Below, piece after piece: positions 1 to 9,249 of a stretch of DNA of 64,000 nt. The notes under the pieces were generated by a model. That model was not told the DNA's origin and did no database searches. It worked only from the letters and a program-made list of their open reading frames with translations. The stretch is from Myxococcota bacterium (GTDB lineage Bacteria > Myxococcota > Kuafuiibacteriia > Kuafuiibacteriales > Kuafuiibacteriaceae). The stretch spans positions 8,452 through 72,451 of the forward strand of contig JANQQN010000055.1 in assembly GCA_028289325.1 (NCBI GenBank), written 5' to 3'. Within the stretch, counting starts at the first letter, position 1, and each line of letters opens with the position of its first letter. Made by a program: the position numbers and the translations under genes.

Positions 1-1200
1 GTAGGCGGTATCCACATCGGCGTTGGGATGCAGCTCGGGGCGCTCCCAGCTGAAGATCTTCACGACGTCACCCGCGGTGACGTCGGTCGCCTCTTGGCCC
101 AGATCGATGATCATGTGATTGTAGTTTCGACCATCCGTCGCGTCATAGAGGCGACCACGGATGTCGACCTTCTTGGTCTTCCCACGAGCGGGGTTGTAGC
201 GAAGACCGTCGTGGACCCCGATCCCGATGGTGGCATAGTAACGGGGCGCGGCCAGCTCGATAGGAAGCCCCGCGATCGAGCCATGACCGGGCGCGAGTTG
301 CTCCACCCGGAGGACACGGGTCATCAGCCGGTGCGCGACTCTCAGATCGAGCTGACTTGCTGCCTTTCGGCTCGCGCTCGGATAGACGCCGTAAATGATC
401 AGTCCCGGACGGGTCGCGTTGCAGCCTTTCAACGTCTCCGGCCGGCCGAGGATCGGGTTCGAGTGCGGGGCGTGAATGACAGATGGACGAAGGCCCGCCT
501 CCCTGAACCGCTCAAGGGCGGTCGTGAACCGCTCGACTTGGGCTGCCGTCACCGCGTCGTCGTCGACATAGTAGGTCGAAAGCCCCTCCACGAGGAGGTG
601 CTTCGCTGCGGCGAGGGCACGTGCCCACTCTTCGGCCCGAGAGAACAGCGCGCCCATGCGCCCGTACCCAGTGTCGATCTCCAGATGAACGGGGACCGGG
701 CGACCCAGCGTCCGCGCGACGGGGGCCAGCATCGCGATCTCGTCGAGCGAAGTGAGCGACAGCCGCACACCTCGGAGGACCAGAGTTTGGGCGGTGGGTC
801 GATCGACCCGCGCGCCCATGAGTAGGATAGGCTTACGCACCCCGCCATTCGTCAATCGAAGTGCCTCAGCCGGTCGCACGACCATGGTTCCCCAAACCGC
901 GGGCACATCATCCAGCGCCTTGGCGACCTCGACATCCCCCAGGCCATAGCCATTCGTTTTGACCACCGCGACCACACGCCGCCCACCCGTAGCGGCGGAG
1001 ATCACCGAGGCGTTGTGGCGAAGGGCATCGGCCCGGGCCTCGATCCAAGGAAGATAGTGATCGGTCGGCGGCTCGCCGGCAGGTGTCGGCCGACACGCGG
1101 CGCCTGCGGTTCCCAACAACACAGGCGATGCCAACGCCGCTTGAGTCAGTCGGCGTCGGCGCAGATCCACCTCGTCTGATTCCGTGGCCTCGCCGTTCAT
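1..1200 (-). CDS. Alanine racemase-family (fold-type III PLP) enzyme, divergent, with Tat/lipoprotein-like signal; runs off left window edge
   Basis: Not in the ORF track (no stop in window). Manual translation from ATG 1200: MNGEATESDEVDLRRRRLTQAALASPVLLGTAGAAC...PWIEARADALRHN...VVAVVKTNGYGLG (PLP Lys motif)...VHLEIDTGYGRMG...TRPGLIIYG...ATIGIGVHDG. Confidence 0.85.
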   Translation of the reverse strand, partial: MNGEATESDEVDLRRRRLTQAALASPVLLGTAGAACRPTPAGEPPTDHYLPWIEARADALRHNASVISAATGGRRVVAVVKTNGYGLGDVEVAKALDDVPAVWGTMVVRPAEALRLTNGGVRKPILLMGARVDRPTAQTLVLRGVRLSLTSLDEIAMLAPVARTLGRPVPVHLEIDTGYGRMGALFSRAEEWARALAAAKHLLVEGLSTYYVDDDAVTAAQVERFTTALERFREAGLRPSVIHAPHSNPILGRPETLKGCNATRPGLIIYGVYPSASRKAASQLDLRVAHRLMTRVLRVEQLAPGHGSIAGLPIELAAPRYYATIGIGVHDGLRYNPARGKTKKVDIRGRLYDATDGRNYNHMIIDLGQEATDVTAGDVVKIFSWERPELHPNADVDTAY

Positions 1201-1404
1201 GGACTCTGCTTAGAGCTATATATATGTATTTGCAATAGACATGCATAAAAGACTACGTTCTCGGTCGCGACGCAAGACGCGTTACCGACGCGCACAGGTC
1301 TACCGCAAAGAGCTGCGTCTTTGTTGGCGCGAAGCCACAGCGACCCGCCAGCTGAAGCCATCTATTGCGTGGGCGGCTGAGGGTCGGCCAAGTGGGTGGC
1401 GGCG

Positions 1405-1548
1405 TTATAAACGTCTCTTCGTCAACGCCTCCAAGAACGCGACGACCGCGTCGATCTCGGCTTCAGTGGCTTCGAATGGTCGAACCAATCCCGACTTGAG
1501 TGGGCTCAGTCGGCCGTCGCTGGCGTCGGGGCCTGATTCGATCGTTAT
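1405..1548 (-). pseudogene. C-terminal remnant of a di-heme cytochrome c peroxidase (MbnH/MauG-like)
   Basis: Manual translation ITIESGPDASDGRLSPLKSGLVRPFEATEAEIDAVVAFLEALT resembles the family C-terminus (LVAFLESLTD). No start codon and no heme motifs upstream; the tail appears frameshifted. Confidence 0.5.
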
Positions 1549-1787
1549 CGGTCGATGAACTCTTCGAACCACCGCGAGTAGAACTCAAATGTATTAAGCC
1601 GTTTGACGATCTCAGTCATGACCTCCAAAGCGTCACCATCAGGCGATACCATGAAAATAAGGAGGAGGTCGGCCCGTTGCGGCTCGACCGTCAAGTTGAC
1701 GTCGGTCTCCAACTGCACGCAGCGCGGTCGACGCTCGTCGATGAGCGCCGCGGCCAGCAGGCACCAGACGGTTCGGTACCGGCCCAT
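1545..1787 (-). pseudogene. Probable gene fragment (LTVEPQRADLLLI motif, resembling N-termini of myxobacterial PD-(D/E)xK-like hypotheticals)
   Basis: 80-aa ORF; recognition rests on one short motif; lies among other fragments. Confidence 0.25.
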
Positions 1788-1955
1788 CGCCCCGCAGTCT
1801 TGGCCGATTCACCGCCCGGCACCAGGGCAACGTTCGAGGATCACTGATCAATCCACGCCATCAGCCGCTGGATCACGTCGCGAGCGCCATCGACGTCGTC
1901 CTCCTCGATACACTCCAGAGCATCGCGCAATGACCCCGCGATGTGATTCACAATC

Positions 1956-2077
1956 AGGGCGCTCAAGGGCGCTAAACAGCCATCGCCGACCTGATTATCG
2001 CCGTCCGGAGCCACAAAGGGCGCTCAACGGCCATCAACGGCGCTGAAATAGGCGTATTTCGATTCCCGCCGGCTCCA
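1956..2077 (+). mobile_element. Putative attachment-site remnant: tmRNA/tRNA 3'-end fragment preceded by 10-bp arm-like repeats
   Basis: TTCGATTCCCGCCGGCTCCA at 2058-2077 (T-loop plus 3' acceptor strand, no 5' half). Repeats AGGGCGCTCA/AGGGCGCTAA at 1956-1975 and AGGGCGCTCA-ACGGCCATCA-ACGGCGCTGA at 2017-2046. Confidence 0.5.
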
Positions 2078-2706
2078 ATCCAGCCAATGACTTCAATGAC
2101 TTAGACAAAACCCATCGACTCAAAGTTACCCGCCGGTCCTCTGACATTCTTTGTTTCGAACTCAACCTTTCGCGCCATCGACGCTCAGGTAGCCTCGACA
2201 CAACCTGTTCCGAGCTGCTGGCCACAGCTGACACCGGCTCCATCAAAGGAACGAACCAATGAAGGAAACGAGGTCCGCTAACGGCGCTTCGAGCCGTAGC
2301 CACCGCGCAGCTGGGTGATCGTGAAGTAGCGCAGCAGCATCGAAACTTGAGCTACGCCAAGCGTACTTGCCAACGTCGTACGGGACCGAGCGTCGCGACT
2401 TCATCTCACCGGCCGGTCATCGACCAACCCTTGACCGCGCGACGTGAGTCTTGGAGGCCTTCGCTTGCCGGGCGACTCACGAAGAACCTCGACGAGCGTG
2501 CTTGAACTCGAGCGATTCCGTCGATACTACAACGGCGTGCGGGCTATCGCGCACTGGACGGACACCGAGTGATCTAGCCGAATCGACGAAACCTACCCGC
2601 GCCATGGCCGACAGATCCTCACGGCAGAGGCCTCATCCATCTTCCCATGGAGGCGCAAGTAAGGTTTCGCCCCGGACGGCGGTTCGACCGAAACCGCTTC
2701 CTCGCG

Positions 2707-5139
2707 ATGAAAAAACTCAACGCTGGACCCTGGTACGGCGCAGGGCTCGCACGCGTGTGGTACGGGGTTTTCGTGCAAGGAGTCTTAGGGCATCAGGCCG
2801 TCGCCATTGGTCTAGCTTCAGCATTGGCCGGGTGCGTCGCCTCGGGAGCGGCAGGTTCGGGCGCCACCCAGAGTCTTCGCGAGGTCAAGCCTTACGAGTT
2901 GGGCTCTCGATACACTACAGTTTATGGGGAAACCAAAGCCAACGACGTGGAGATCGTTCCATCGATCCGCCGGGTTGAACCTATCTATCCAAGGCGGGCG
3001 GCCGAACGGTCTATCCAAGGCTGGGTCGTCATGCGTTTTCGACTCGACCCTGCGGGATGGCCACAGGCCGTCCGAGTGATCGACTCGGCGCCGGCGAAGA
3101 CATTCGACAAGGCAGCGGTCTCGGCCGTATCGAAGTGGCGGTACCGGCCAGCGACACGGAACGGTCGGCCCGTTCATCGTCTGGGCATCTCCGCCAAGCT
3201 GACGTTCAGATTGGACTGGTCGGATTCGGATGCTAATCTGGAGATGGACGATGGTACCAGGTGGTCGCCGGAGTCCACGGACCAGCATCCAGGTGGCAAT
3301 GAGATCGTCGGGGCGCCATACTTCGCTCAGACCAAAGCTTGCGCCCAGGTCAAGCTCTCACCAGACGGACGCCGAGTCAGCGCGGTGCTCAACAAAGGAG
3401 GCGAAGCCTACTTGAGGATCATCGATGCGATGACCCTGGAGGCCGACAGCACTTACCACCTGAAGTCTGGCGGCGAAATCATCACCTATGGCTGGTCTGG
3501 CAATAACGTCATCTTGATGGAAAGTTCGCGAGACACGATACGTGTCGACGTCGAGAGGCGTTCGACGGAACTCCTCGATGGGCGCCGATGGATCGCTCGC
3601 CCCGTAAACGACCACGGCCCGATCGTCAGCATCGGCGCCCCATCCGGCGTCGCGATCGGCCTGCAGGGAATACGCTCTTCGATCTACCGATTCAACAGCG
3701 CTCGCGCCGAGTTTGAAGAAGTCCCAACGCCATATCGGCTCAAGCAGGTCGTCCTCAGGAAGAACGGCGAAGTCCGGTGGGCACTCAGCATCAGCGACCA
3801 GCGTCCGCGACTCGTCACACACGAGGACGGCGGCTGGAAGCAGCACGCATCTCTTTCTGGCGATACCCGACTGATCGGCTACACCAGCGTCGATGACGTC
3901 GTATACCTCGTCGACGAAGACGCGGCCGGGCAGCCGGCGGTGTTCGGTATTGGCTCCGACGGTGAGAAGCGCAAACTCGCCCAAAATGGTCGGCATACGC
4001 CCTCTGGCTTCGTCTTCGACCAGGATGACCGCCTGGTGGCGGTCGCCTTCGAGGAGGAGACTCCCAAGCTCGTGGTCTTGCAGCCCGATAGCCGAGTGGC
4101 TAGGTTCAACCTCCGACTCGAACAGCAGCTCACGAGCCAGCATGTTCTCATTCGGAGCGTTGCGGACGACGGGCGGCATGCGATCGCCGCCGTTTACTCC
4201 GACCGCCGGCCGCTGCGGTATCTGTTGCTCGACCTCCATCAAGGACAGGCCCGAGAGCTCTGCTCGGCCTTTGCTGAGCTCGACGAAAGAATGGAAGCGC
4301 CCACCGAAGTGGTGCGAATCGACGCGAGCGACGGTTTGGCGCTTCACGGCCGGGTGACTCGGGGCCTGCGAAGGGATGGCGACACCCAAGCTTCAGCCGA
4401 CTCCGCGCCCAAGGCGCGACCGGTCCGAGGCCTGGTGGTCGTGCCCGCTGACGACAAGTCCTGGGTATTCGATCGAGACGCGCAGTTCCTGGCCGCCAAT
4501 GGTTTTTCGGTCTTGCGGGTCAGTTACCGAGGTACGCCTGGCTTCGGACCAGCTTACGACACCACCAACCGGCGACGGTGGAATCGACGAATCCTCCAGG
4601 ATGTCGTCGAAGCGACGCGGTGGGCCATCGACAAGGGCGTCGCTTCGGAGGGCCGGCCGATCTGCGTCATGGGGCGAGGCTACGGTGCGTATGTCGCGGC
4701 CATGGCCGCGATCATCGCGCCGAAACTCTATACGTGCATGGTGGGCATCTCGGGCTTTTATAACGTTCCGCAAGCCGTCGACGATGCTGATGCCCCCGCC
4801 TCCTATGTAGGCAACCTGCTCTTCGAGTCGTGGCTCGAGGAAGCAGATCCCACCGTTCGCGAAGTCTCACCTTTCCATCGGGCGAACGAGCTCCGTACGG
4901 CAACGCTCCTGGTTCACGGTCAGAAAAGTAGGGATGTGCTGGCGAGCCAGTCGGAAACCATGGCGAGGGCGCTCGAGAAGTACGGGACCACGGTCGAACG
5001 ATTCATGCCACCCACGCAAAAGTTTGACAGACCTGGCCCGCGGACCGCGCTCTACCGCCGGATGGCCCATTTCCTGAATCGGCAGAGCGCGGCCGCAGAC
5101 AAATCGCCGCCGATATCGACAAGTCCTGTCATTAGATAG
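2707..5139 (+). CDS. TonB C-terminal domain fused to an S9 prolyl-oligopeptidase-like module with degenerate catalytic motifs; probable lipoprotein
   Basis: LASALAGC lipobox; PIYPRRAAERSIQGWVVMRF...FDKAAVSAVSKWRYRPA (TonB_C); propeller-like middle; AQFLAANGFSVLRVSYRGTPGFG and ICVMGRGYGAY (S9 fold). Start uncertain (2647 or 2707). Confidence 0.85.
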   Translation: MKKLNAGPWYGAGLARVWYGVFVQGVLGHQAVAIGLASALAGCVASGAAGSGATQSLREVKPYELGSRYTTVYGETKANDVEIVPSIRRVEPIYPRRAAERSIQGWVVMRFRLDPAGWPQAVRVIDSAPAKTFDKAAVSAVSKWRYRPATRNGRPVHRLGISAKLTFRLDWSDSDANLEMDDGTRWSPESTDQHPGGNEIVGAPYFAQTKACAQVKLSPDGRRVSAVLNKGGEAYLRIIDAMTLEADSTYHLKSGGEIITYGWSGNNVILMESSRDTIRVDVERRSTELLDGRRWIARPVNDHGPIVSIGAPSGVAIGLQGIRSSIYRFNSARAEFEEVPTPYRLKQVVLRKNGEVRWALSISDQRPRLVTHEDGGWKQHASLSGDTRLIGYTSVDDVVYLVDEDAAGQPAVFGIGSDGEKRKLAQNGRHTPSGFVFDQDDRLVAVAFEEETPKLVVLQPDSRVARFNLRLEQQLTSQHVLIRSVADDGRHAIAAVYSDRRPLRYLLLDLHQGQARELCSAFAELDERMEAPTEVVRIDASDGLALHGRVTRGLRRDGDTQASADSAPKARPVRGLVVVPADDKSWVFDRDAQFLAANGFSVLRVSYRGTPGFGPAYDTTNRRRWNRRILQDVVEATRWAIDKGVASEGRPICVMGRGYGAYVAAMAAIIAPKLYTCMVGISGFYNVPQAVDDADAPASYVGNLLFESWLEEADPTVREVSPFHRANELRTATLLVHGQKSRDVLASQSETMARALEKYGTTVERFMPPTQKFDRPGPRTALYRRMAHFLNRQSAAADKSPPISTSPVIR

Positions 5140-5297
5140 TCTTTGCTCGGGGCCGATTGGATTAGACGGCCTGGCAATGGCGGGCTGAGCTCGCGAGCCA
5201 CGCAAAAAGAAACGGAGCGGGAGAGTGTCAGAAGGCTCTGTGTAAAGGGATTGCGCTCCGATCCCGTTTCTGTTCTGAACTGGAAAGAGGCAGCAAG

Positions 5298-6692
5298 ATG
5301 GCCGAAAACGAGCACGAATCCAAGATCGAGGACCCAGTGGAACTTGGCTACGTCACGTCGCCGTCGGGCATGTTGGTCGTTGTCGACTGTGGGTTGTTGA
5401 ACCTGTGGGCTCACAGCGCCGCTCCATCGCTCCCCGAAGGGACGTTAGATGATCCGGAAGCAGAAATAGAGGCCAACAACGCCCAAGACCTCTTCCTGGA
5501 AGGCCCCGATGCACGAGCGGCGGGACTCGCATACGATCGTGGCTGCCATCCCCTTTTCATTTACGACGTGCCGAGAAAGGCAGTCGCGAACCTCGTCCAA
5601 CACTTCAGCGACTTTGCGAAAGACAACAGCTACGAGGCCGTGCTGACTCCGCTCTCCGAACGGATCTCTCACCGAGAGAGAATCGCTCTTCACCTGGCAA
5701 GCGGTGAACCAAAGAATGGGATCTCTTTCCACGGTATCTCAGCCGCTGTCGTTTCCGGCATCCCACCCACAAAAAGGCTCAGGGTACTTGGCCGACGGCG
5801 TTCGGTGGGCTCGGAGTTTGAGAGCCGGTGGCACGACGTCTACCTAGAGCTTCAAACCGACGCTAAAGTAGTACGGTCCGAACTCCGGGGTTATGCCGCC
5901 GTTGACAAGGCACGGCTGATCTTCGCGGACGCGGACGGACTTGGCGACTGGATTCACGAGGATCCCATCGATGGTCGGGCTGACTTCGTCTTCTGGGGCG
6001 CAGATGCAGAACTTGCAGCCACCCAGGCGAACGCTCCTAAGTTAGATGAACAGAACTTCGGATGGCAAGACCTCGAGGTCAGGAAGGTGATCGAGCTTGG
6101 TACAAAAGTCGAGGCGCTGCGCTCCGAAAAAGGCTGGCGATTCGCTACTGATTTCCGTCCGCATTCACACCATTGGCAGGCAATGGAAGAAATCAGGCTA
6201 CGGGAGACTGAATCAGCGACGGTCGTAGTCGGCTGCAGCGAGATGTGCGTCTTCATGACTTCTTGGGGAGATGGCCTGTTCGAGGTGTATGCCGACTATG
6301 ACGCGCAGGATCGTCTTGCTCGCGTCCGGATAGCGTTAGGAACCGACCGGACCCTGAAGCGAGTGCAAGCCGTCGAGGAGCGATACTTTGGGGATTTCGC
6401 GAAGATGGCATTCGTCAGTAAGAAGGTGGTCGAAGATGGCGGGTGCGTGCGCTTTCTCTACCGAGAAGAACCTGACCGCGAGCAGGACAGTGGCTGGAGA
6501 GCTTTTGCAGGAGGGGAGACAGACGATTACGCAAACGATGCGTCAAACGTCCTGCCCATGCCTCTGCGTGATCTGCTGGAGCGCGACGCGAGCATTGAAG
6601 AAACGCTCAGAGCGCCGGTTGGGAGCATGTTCGAGCGCGAGTCCTGCGACGCTCTGTTCACACTCGTAACAGACTGGGAGCTGGACAGCTAA
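5298..6692 (+). CDS. DUF2185/Imm33-like domain protein (putative immunity protein)
   Basis: C-terminal VRFLYREEPDREQDSGWRAFAGGETDDYANDASN is the typical DUF2185 signature; acidic 464-aa ORF with GAGG RBS. Confidence 0.75.
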   Translation: MAENEHESKIEDPVELGYVTSPSGMLVVVDCGLLNLWAHSAAPSLPEGTLDDPEAEIEANNAQDLFLEGPDARAAGLAYDRGCHPLFIYDVPRKAVANLVQHFSDFAKDNSYEAVLTPLSERISHRERIALHLASGEPKNGISFHGISAAVVSGIPPTKRLRVLGRRRSVGSEFESRWHDVYLELQTDAKVVRSELRGYAAVDKARLIFADADGLGDWIHEDPIDGRADFVFWGADAELAATQANAPKLDEQNFGWQDLEVRKVIELGTKVEALRSEKGWRFATDFRPHSHHWQAMEEIRLRETESATVVVGCSEMCVFMTSWGDGLFEVYADYDAQDRLARVRIALGTDRTLKRVQAVEERYFGDFAKMAFVSKKVVEDGGCVRFLYREEPDREQDSGWRAFAGGETDDYANDASNVLPMPLRDLLERDASIEETLRAPVGSMFERESCDALFTLVTDWELDS

Positions 6693-6726
6693 ATTCGGAC
6701 GCCGCTCTGAAGCCAATGAAGCGATT

Positions 6727-7251
6727 ATGTCCGCATTCACAGCCGAAGCCATTTCTGAGCCTGACGACCTGAACTGGTGCTACGGTCCTGAGGTTCCCGT
6801 TCCCGCGATGGGCGGAGACTCGATCACCTTCGTCTTCGAATCCTATGCGGAGTCCACGCAGAGGGATGCGCTGGTACGTGTCGCCAACACCTTCGCGGCC
6901 GCCCCCAAGACTCTCCTAGAAGCCGCGGAACCTTTCCTTGCAGAATACTTGCGTGACTGTAACTCAGACTGGGCCCTGACAGACGATGAATACATTCATG
7001 TCGCCACCCCGTCGGACGTCTGGAGTCATGTTCACCTCCCCGAGGAGGTTCACGTTACGGAACGCGACGAGACAGTCTATCTGGTCATCGAGGCCAATTG
7101 CGACTGGGAACCTGAACACGGACTCATGCTCGTATTTGACGAAAACCTGCAGTTGGTGAAGCTTGGCCCCTACGATGGCCATGTGACTAATGAGCATGCC
7201 TTTGCTGACCCTAGCCTTCGCGGTGTCGTCTACCGAAGACGATCGAGCTGA
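6727..7251 (+). CDS. DUF6985-like acidic hypothetical protein (putative immunity protein)
   Basis: ANCDWEPEHGLMLVF...LGPYDGHVTN motif; 34 bp downstream of the previous gene. Confidence 0.65.
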   Translation: MSAFTAEAISEPDDLNWCYGPEVPVPAMGGDSITFVFESYAESTQRDALVRVANTFAAAPKTLLEAAEPFLAEYLRDCNSDWALTDDEYIHVATPSDVWSHVHLPEEVHVTERDETVYLVIEANCDWEPEHGLMLVFDENLQLVKLGPYDGHVTNEHAFADPSLRGVVYRRRSS

Positions 7252-7631
7252 AGCCATCCAACAAACTGACTCGCCCCGAGTTCACCAGAGACGCGCGTGA
7301 GTCAGTGGCATTACCTCGACCAGTGAACACCGGATATGTGGAGAGAAACACGTGTTGAAGACGGCGAAGCGCGACGTAGGGTCAGCAACCGTTCAAGTCG
7401 GAAACCGTGAAGCTGGATCTTAGAGGACAGCGCTCGGCCCCTGATACCATCGCGCAGTATCAGTTGCACGAAGCACTCGTATACGATCTGTGGCTACATA
7501 TCAGCGGCGATTCGCTGCTAAACAGACATCGTCCACCTTTGAGGCAAGGTCAAAGCTCCGTACCCGATCTTCTGAGACGCCTTCCTCAGGCATCATCGAC
7601 ACATCGGCTTCTCCCGCCCTATCCTCGCTCA

Positions 7632-8171
7632 GTGCCCGCTTGAATCGCTTGCCCGAGCTGCAGTCTGAAACACACCGCGCGCCCCGACGGGCGCTGTCCT
7701 CGGTGCGGTGAATTTGCAACAGTCGAAGCCGGGCTGGTCTCAGGCGGGGCGGCGCCCGCGTCCTTCACCCGACCCTCCCACGACGTCGAGACGGACGACC
7801 CTGACCTGGGTGGATTCCACGAGGCCCTGCGTGCCCACCCGTGCATCGTCGGTGTCGTCTCGCTCTTCATCGGATTCGCGTTCAGCCACTGGCTGATCCT
7901 CGGCCCGATGCGGGAAGCCGACCTGCAGGCCGAGGAGGTCATGATCAGCGCGAAAGGCGTGCTCGTGGGGGTCGCCTTCACCTGCCTCGGTGTCCTTCTG
8001 ACTGTCTTCGGCCCCTATGTCGCGAGCGCGCTGTGGCCCCGAGAGAACGAGTCGAGGACCCCCGGCCACGCGATGGGCGTGGGCATCGCCCTCCTCGCGT
8101 TCATCACTTATCTGGGCGTCGAATCCTACATTCAGAGCCTCGGCTATCGGCTCGAGCCGTTTTGGAAATAG
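7632..8171 (+). pseudogene. Zinc-ribbon plus 3-TM membrane protein with an in-frame TGA at codon 4
   Basis: GTG 7632 VPA*IACPSCSLKHTARPDGRCPRCGE... reads in frame into the listed 7908-8171 ORF and includes an extra TM segment (CIVGVVSLFIGFAFSHWLIL). Confidence 0.5.
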
Positions 8172-8197
8172 GCGATCGGAAGGCTCCTTGAGTTATC

Positions 8198-8866
8198 ATG
8201 CAGTGGCCCATGTTTGCACCGTCCGCAAGATCAATGGCGGCGCTCGAGCTCGCACTCTTTGTTGGCATTGTCGCCGGCCATACCGTCGGTATTCTGCCGA
8301 TATCTTCCACGCCGTTGTTGGTGGTGCTCGTCTGGTGGTCCCTTCACCGGCGGCACATGACATGGGCTTCCATCGGGCTTCTGTGGCCGAACAAGGTGGT
8401 GGTCTGGGTGCTCACCGGCGTAGTTGCGGCAGTGGTGCTGCAGTTGTGGGGTACATGGGTTCAAGAACCCTTCTTCGATAGACTGACCGGACAAACGCAG
8501 GATCTGTCTCAGTTCTCGCAGATGAAGGACAACTTGGGATTTCTTGTTGTCATGCTCATCCTCAATTGGCTCTTGGCGGCCTTCGGTGAGGAGACCGCCT
8601 ATCGCGGCTATCTTCTTAATCGGCTCGCCGACCTTTTCGGCCGGACCAAGCTCGGATGGACCGCGGCGGTCGTGTTCGGATCTGCAGCTTTCGGGGTGGC
8701 CCATTTGTGGCAAGGCACATCCGGGGTGCTCGATGCTTCGGTGATGGGGGTTTGGTATGCGCTGCTCTATCTCGGAGCCAATCGCAACCTATTGGTCCCG
8801 GCGGTCGCTCATGGGGTCAACAACACGAACGGACTCTGTCTCATCTATCTGGGATACGGCTTATAG
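8198..8866 (+). CDS. CPBP (Abi/CAAX) intramembrane glutamic endopeptidase
   Basis: FGEETAYRGYLL (EExxxR), FGVAH, AHGVNN motifs; multiple TM helices. Confidence 0.9.
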   Translation: MQWPMFAPSARSMAALELALFVGIVAGHTVGILPISSTPLLVVLVWWSLHRRHMTWASIGLLWPNKVVVWVLTGVVAAVVLQLWGTWVQEPFFDRLTGQTQDLSQFSQMKDNLGFLVVMLILNWLLAAFGEETAYRGYLLNRLADLFGRTKLGWTAAVVFGSAAFGVAHLWQGTSGVLDASVMGVWYALLYLGANRNLLVPAVAHGVNNTNGLCLIYLGYGL

Positions 8867-9222
8867 GCGGTATTCGCGAGACGCGACGATCGATACGCCG
8901 TTCGTGGAGTCGATGTACCTCGGTATCTTCTTCAACCGCGGTGTCCTTCGGAGGGGCGTGAAGATCCGTGCGTCCGGTCGAGTGCGGCGTAGACTCGCGC
9001 CCTGCGACTTCTTGATTCGCGCGACCCCCGAGATCCCGCTGCTCAAGCCTCCGGCAAAACCCGAATCGCCGACAGAGGATGAACCTCTCGGATCCCGTCC
9101 CCTCCCGGGCAACACCGGGGCATCCACAGTGCTCGAAGCGCAAGTCCTGCACAACATACTCCTCTCGTGGCACGAGCCCCCTTGCGCAGATGCCCTACGG
9201 CTCAAGGGCCGGCCGAGCGACC

Positions 9223-9237
9223 AGGCACGGAACTTGC
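9223..9237 (+). promoter_or_regulatory. Putative sigma54 -24/-12 promoter
   Basis: AGGCACGGAACTTGC with GG at 9224-9225 and GC at 9236-9237 (canonical spacing), ending 12 nt before ATG 9250. Confidence 0.55.
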
Positions 9238-9249
9238 CGACATCATGCT

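Noticed and set aside
28-825. 265-aa plus-strand ORF
   Set aside because: Antisense shadow of the Alr-family gene, which carries the conserved motifs.
1210-1250. AT-rich imperfect palindrome around TTGCAA upstream of the Alr-family gene
   Set aside because: Probably promoter DNA, but the symmetry is too imperfect to assign a regulator.
2058-2077. Possible tRNA/tmRNA gene
   Set aside because: Only the T-loop and 3' strand are present and the upstream bases cannot form the T-stem; treated as an att remnant.
7256-7360. Possible integron attC (ATCCAAC...GTTGAAG with internal ACTGACTC/GAGTCAGT inverted repeat)
   Set aside because: R boxes are not fully complementary, no L-box pattern, no second site and no integrase.
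9168-9185. Second TGGCACG...TTGC sigma54-like element
   Set aside because: GG-to-GC spacing is 3 nt too long.
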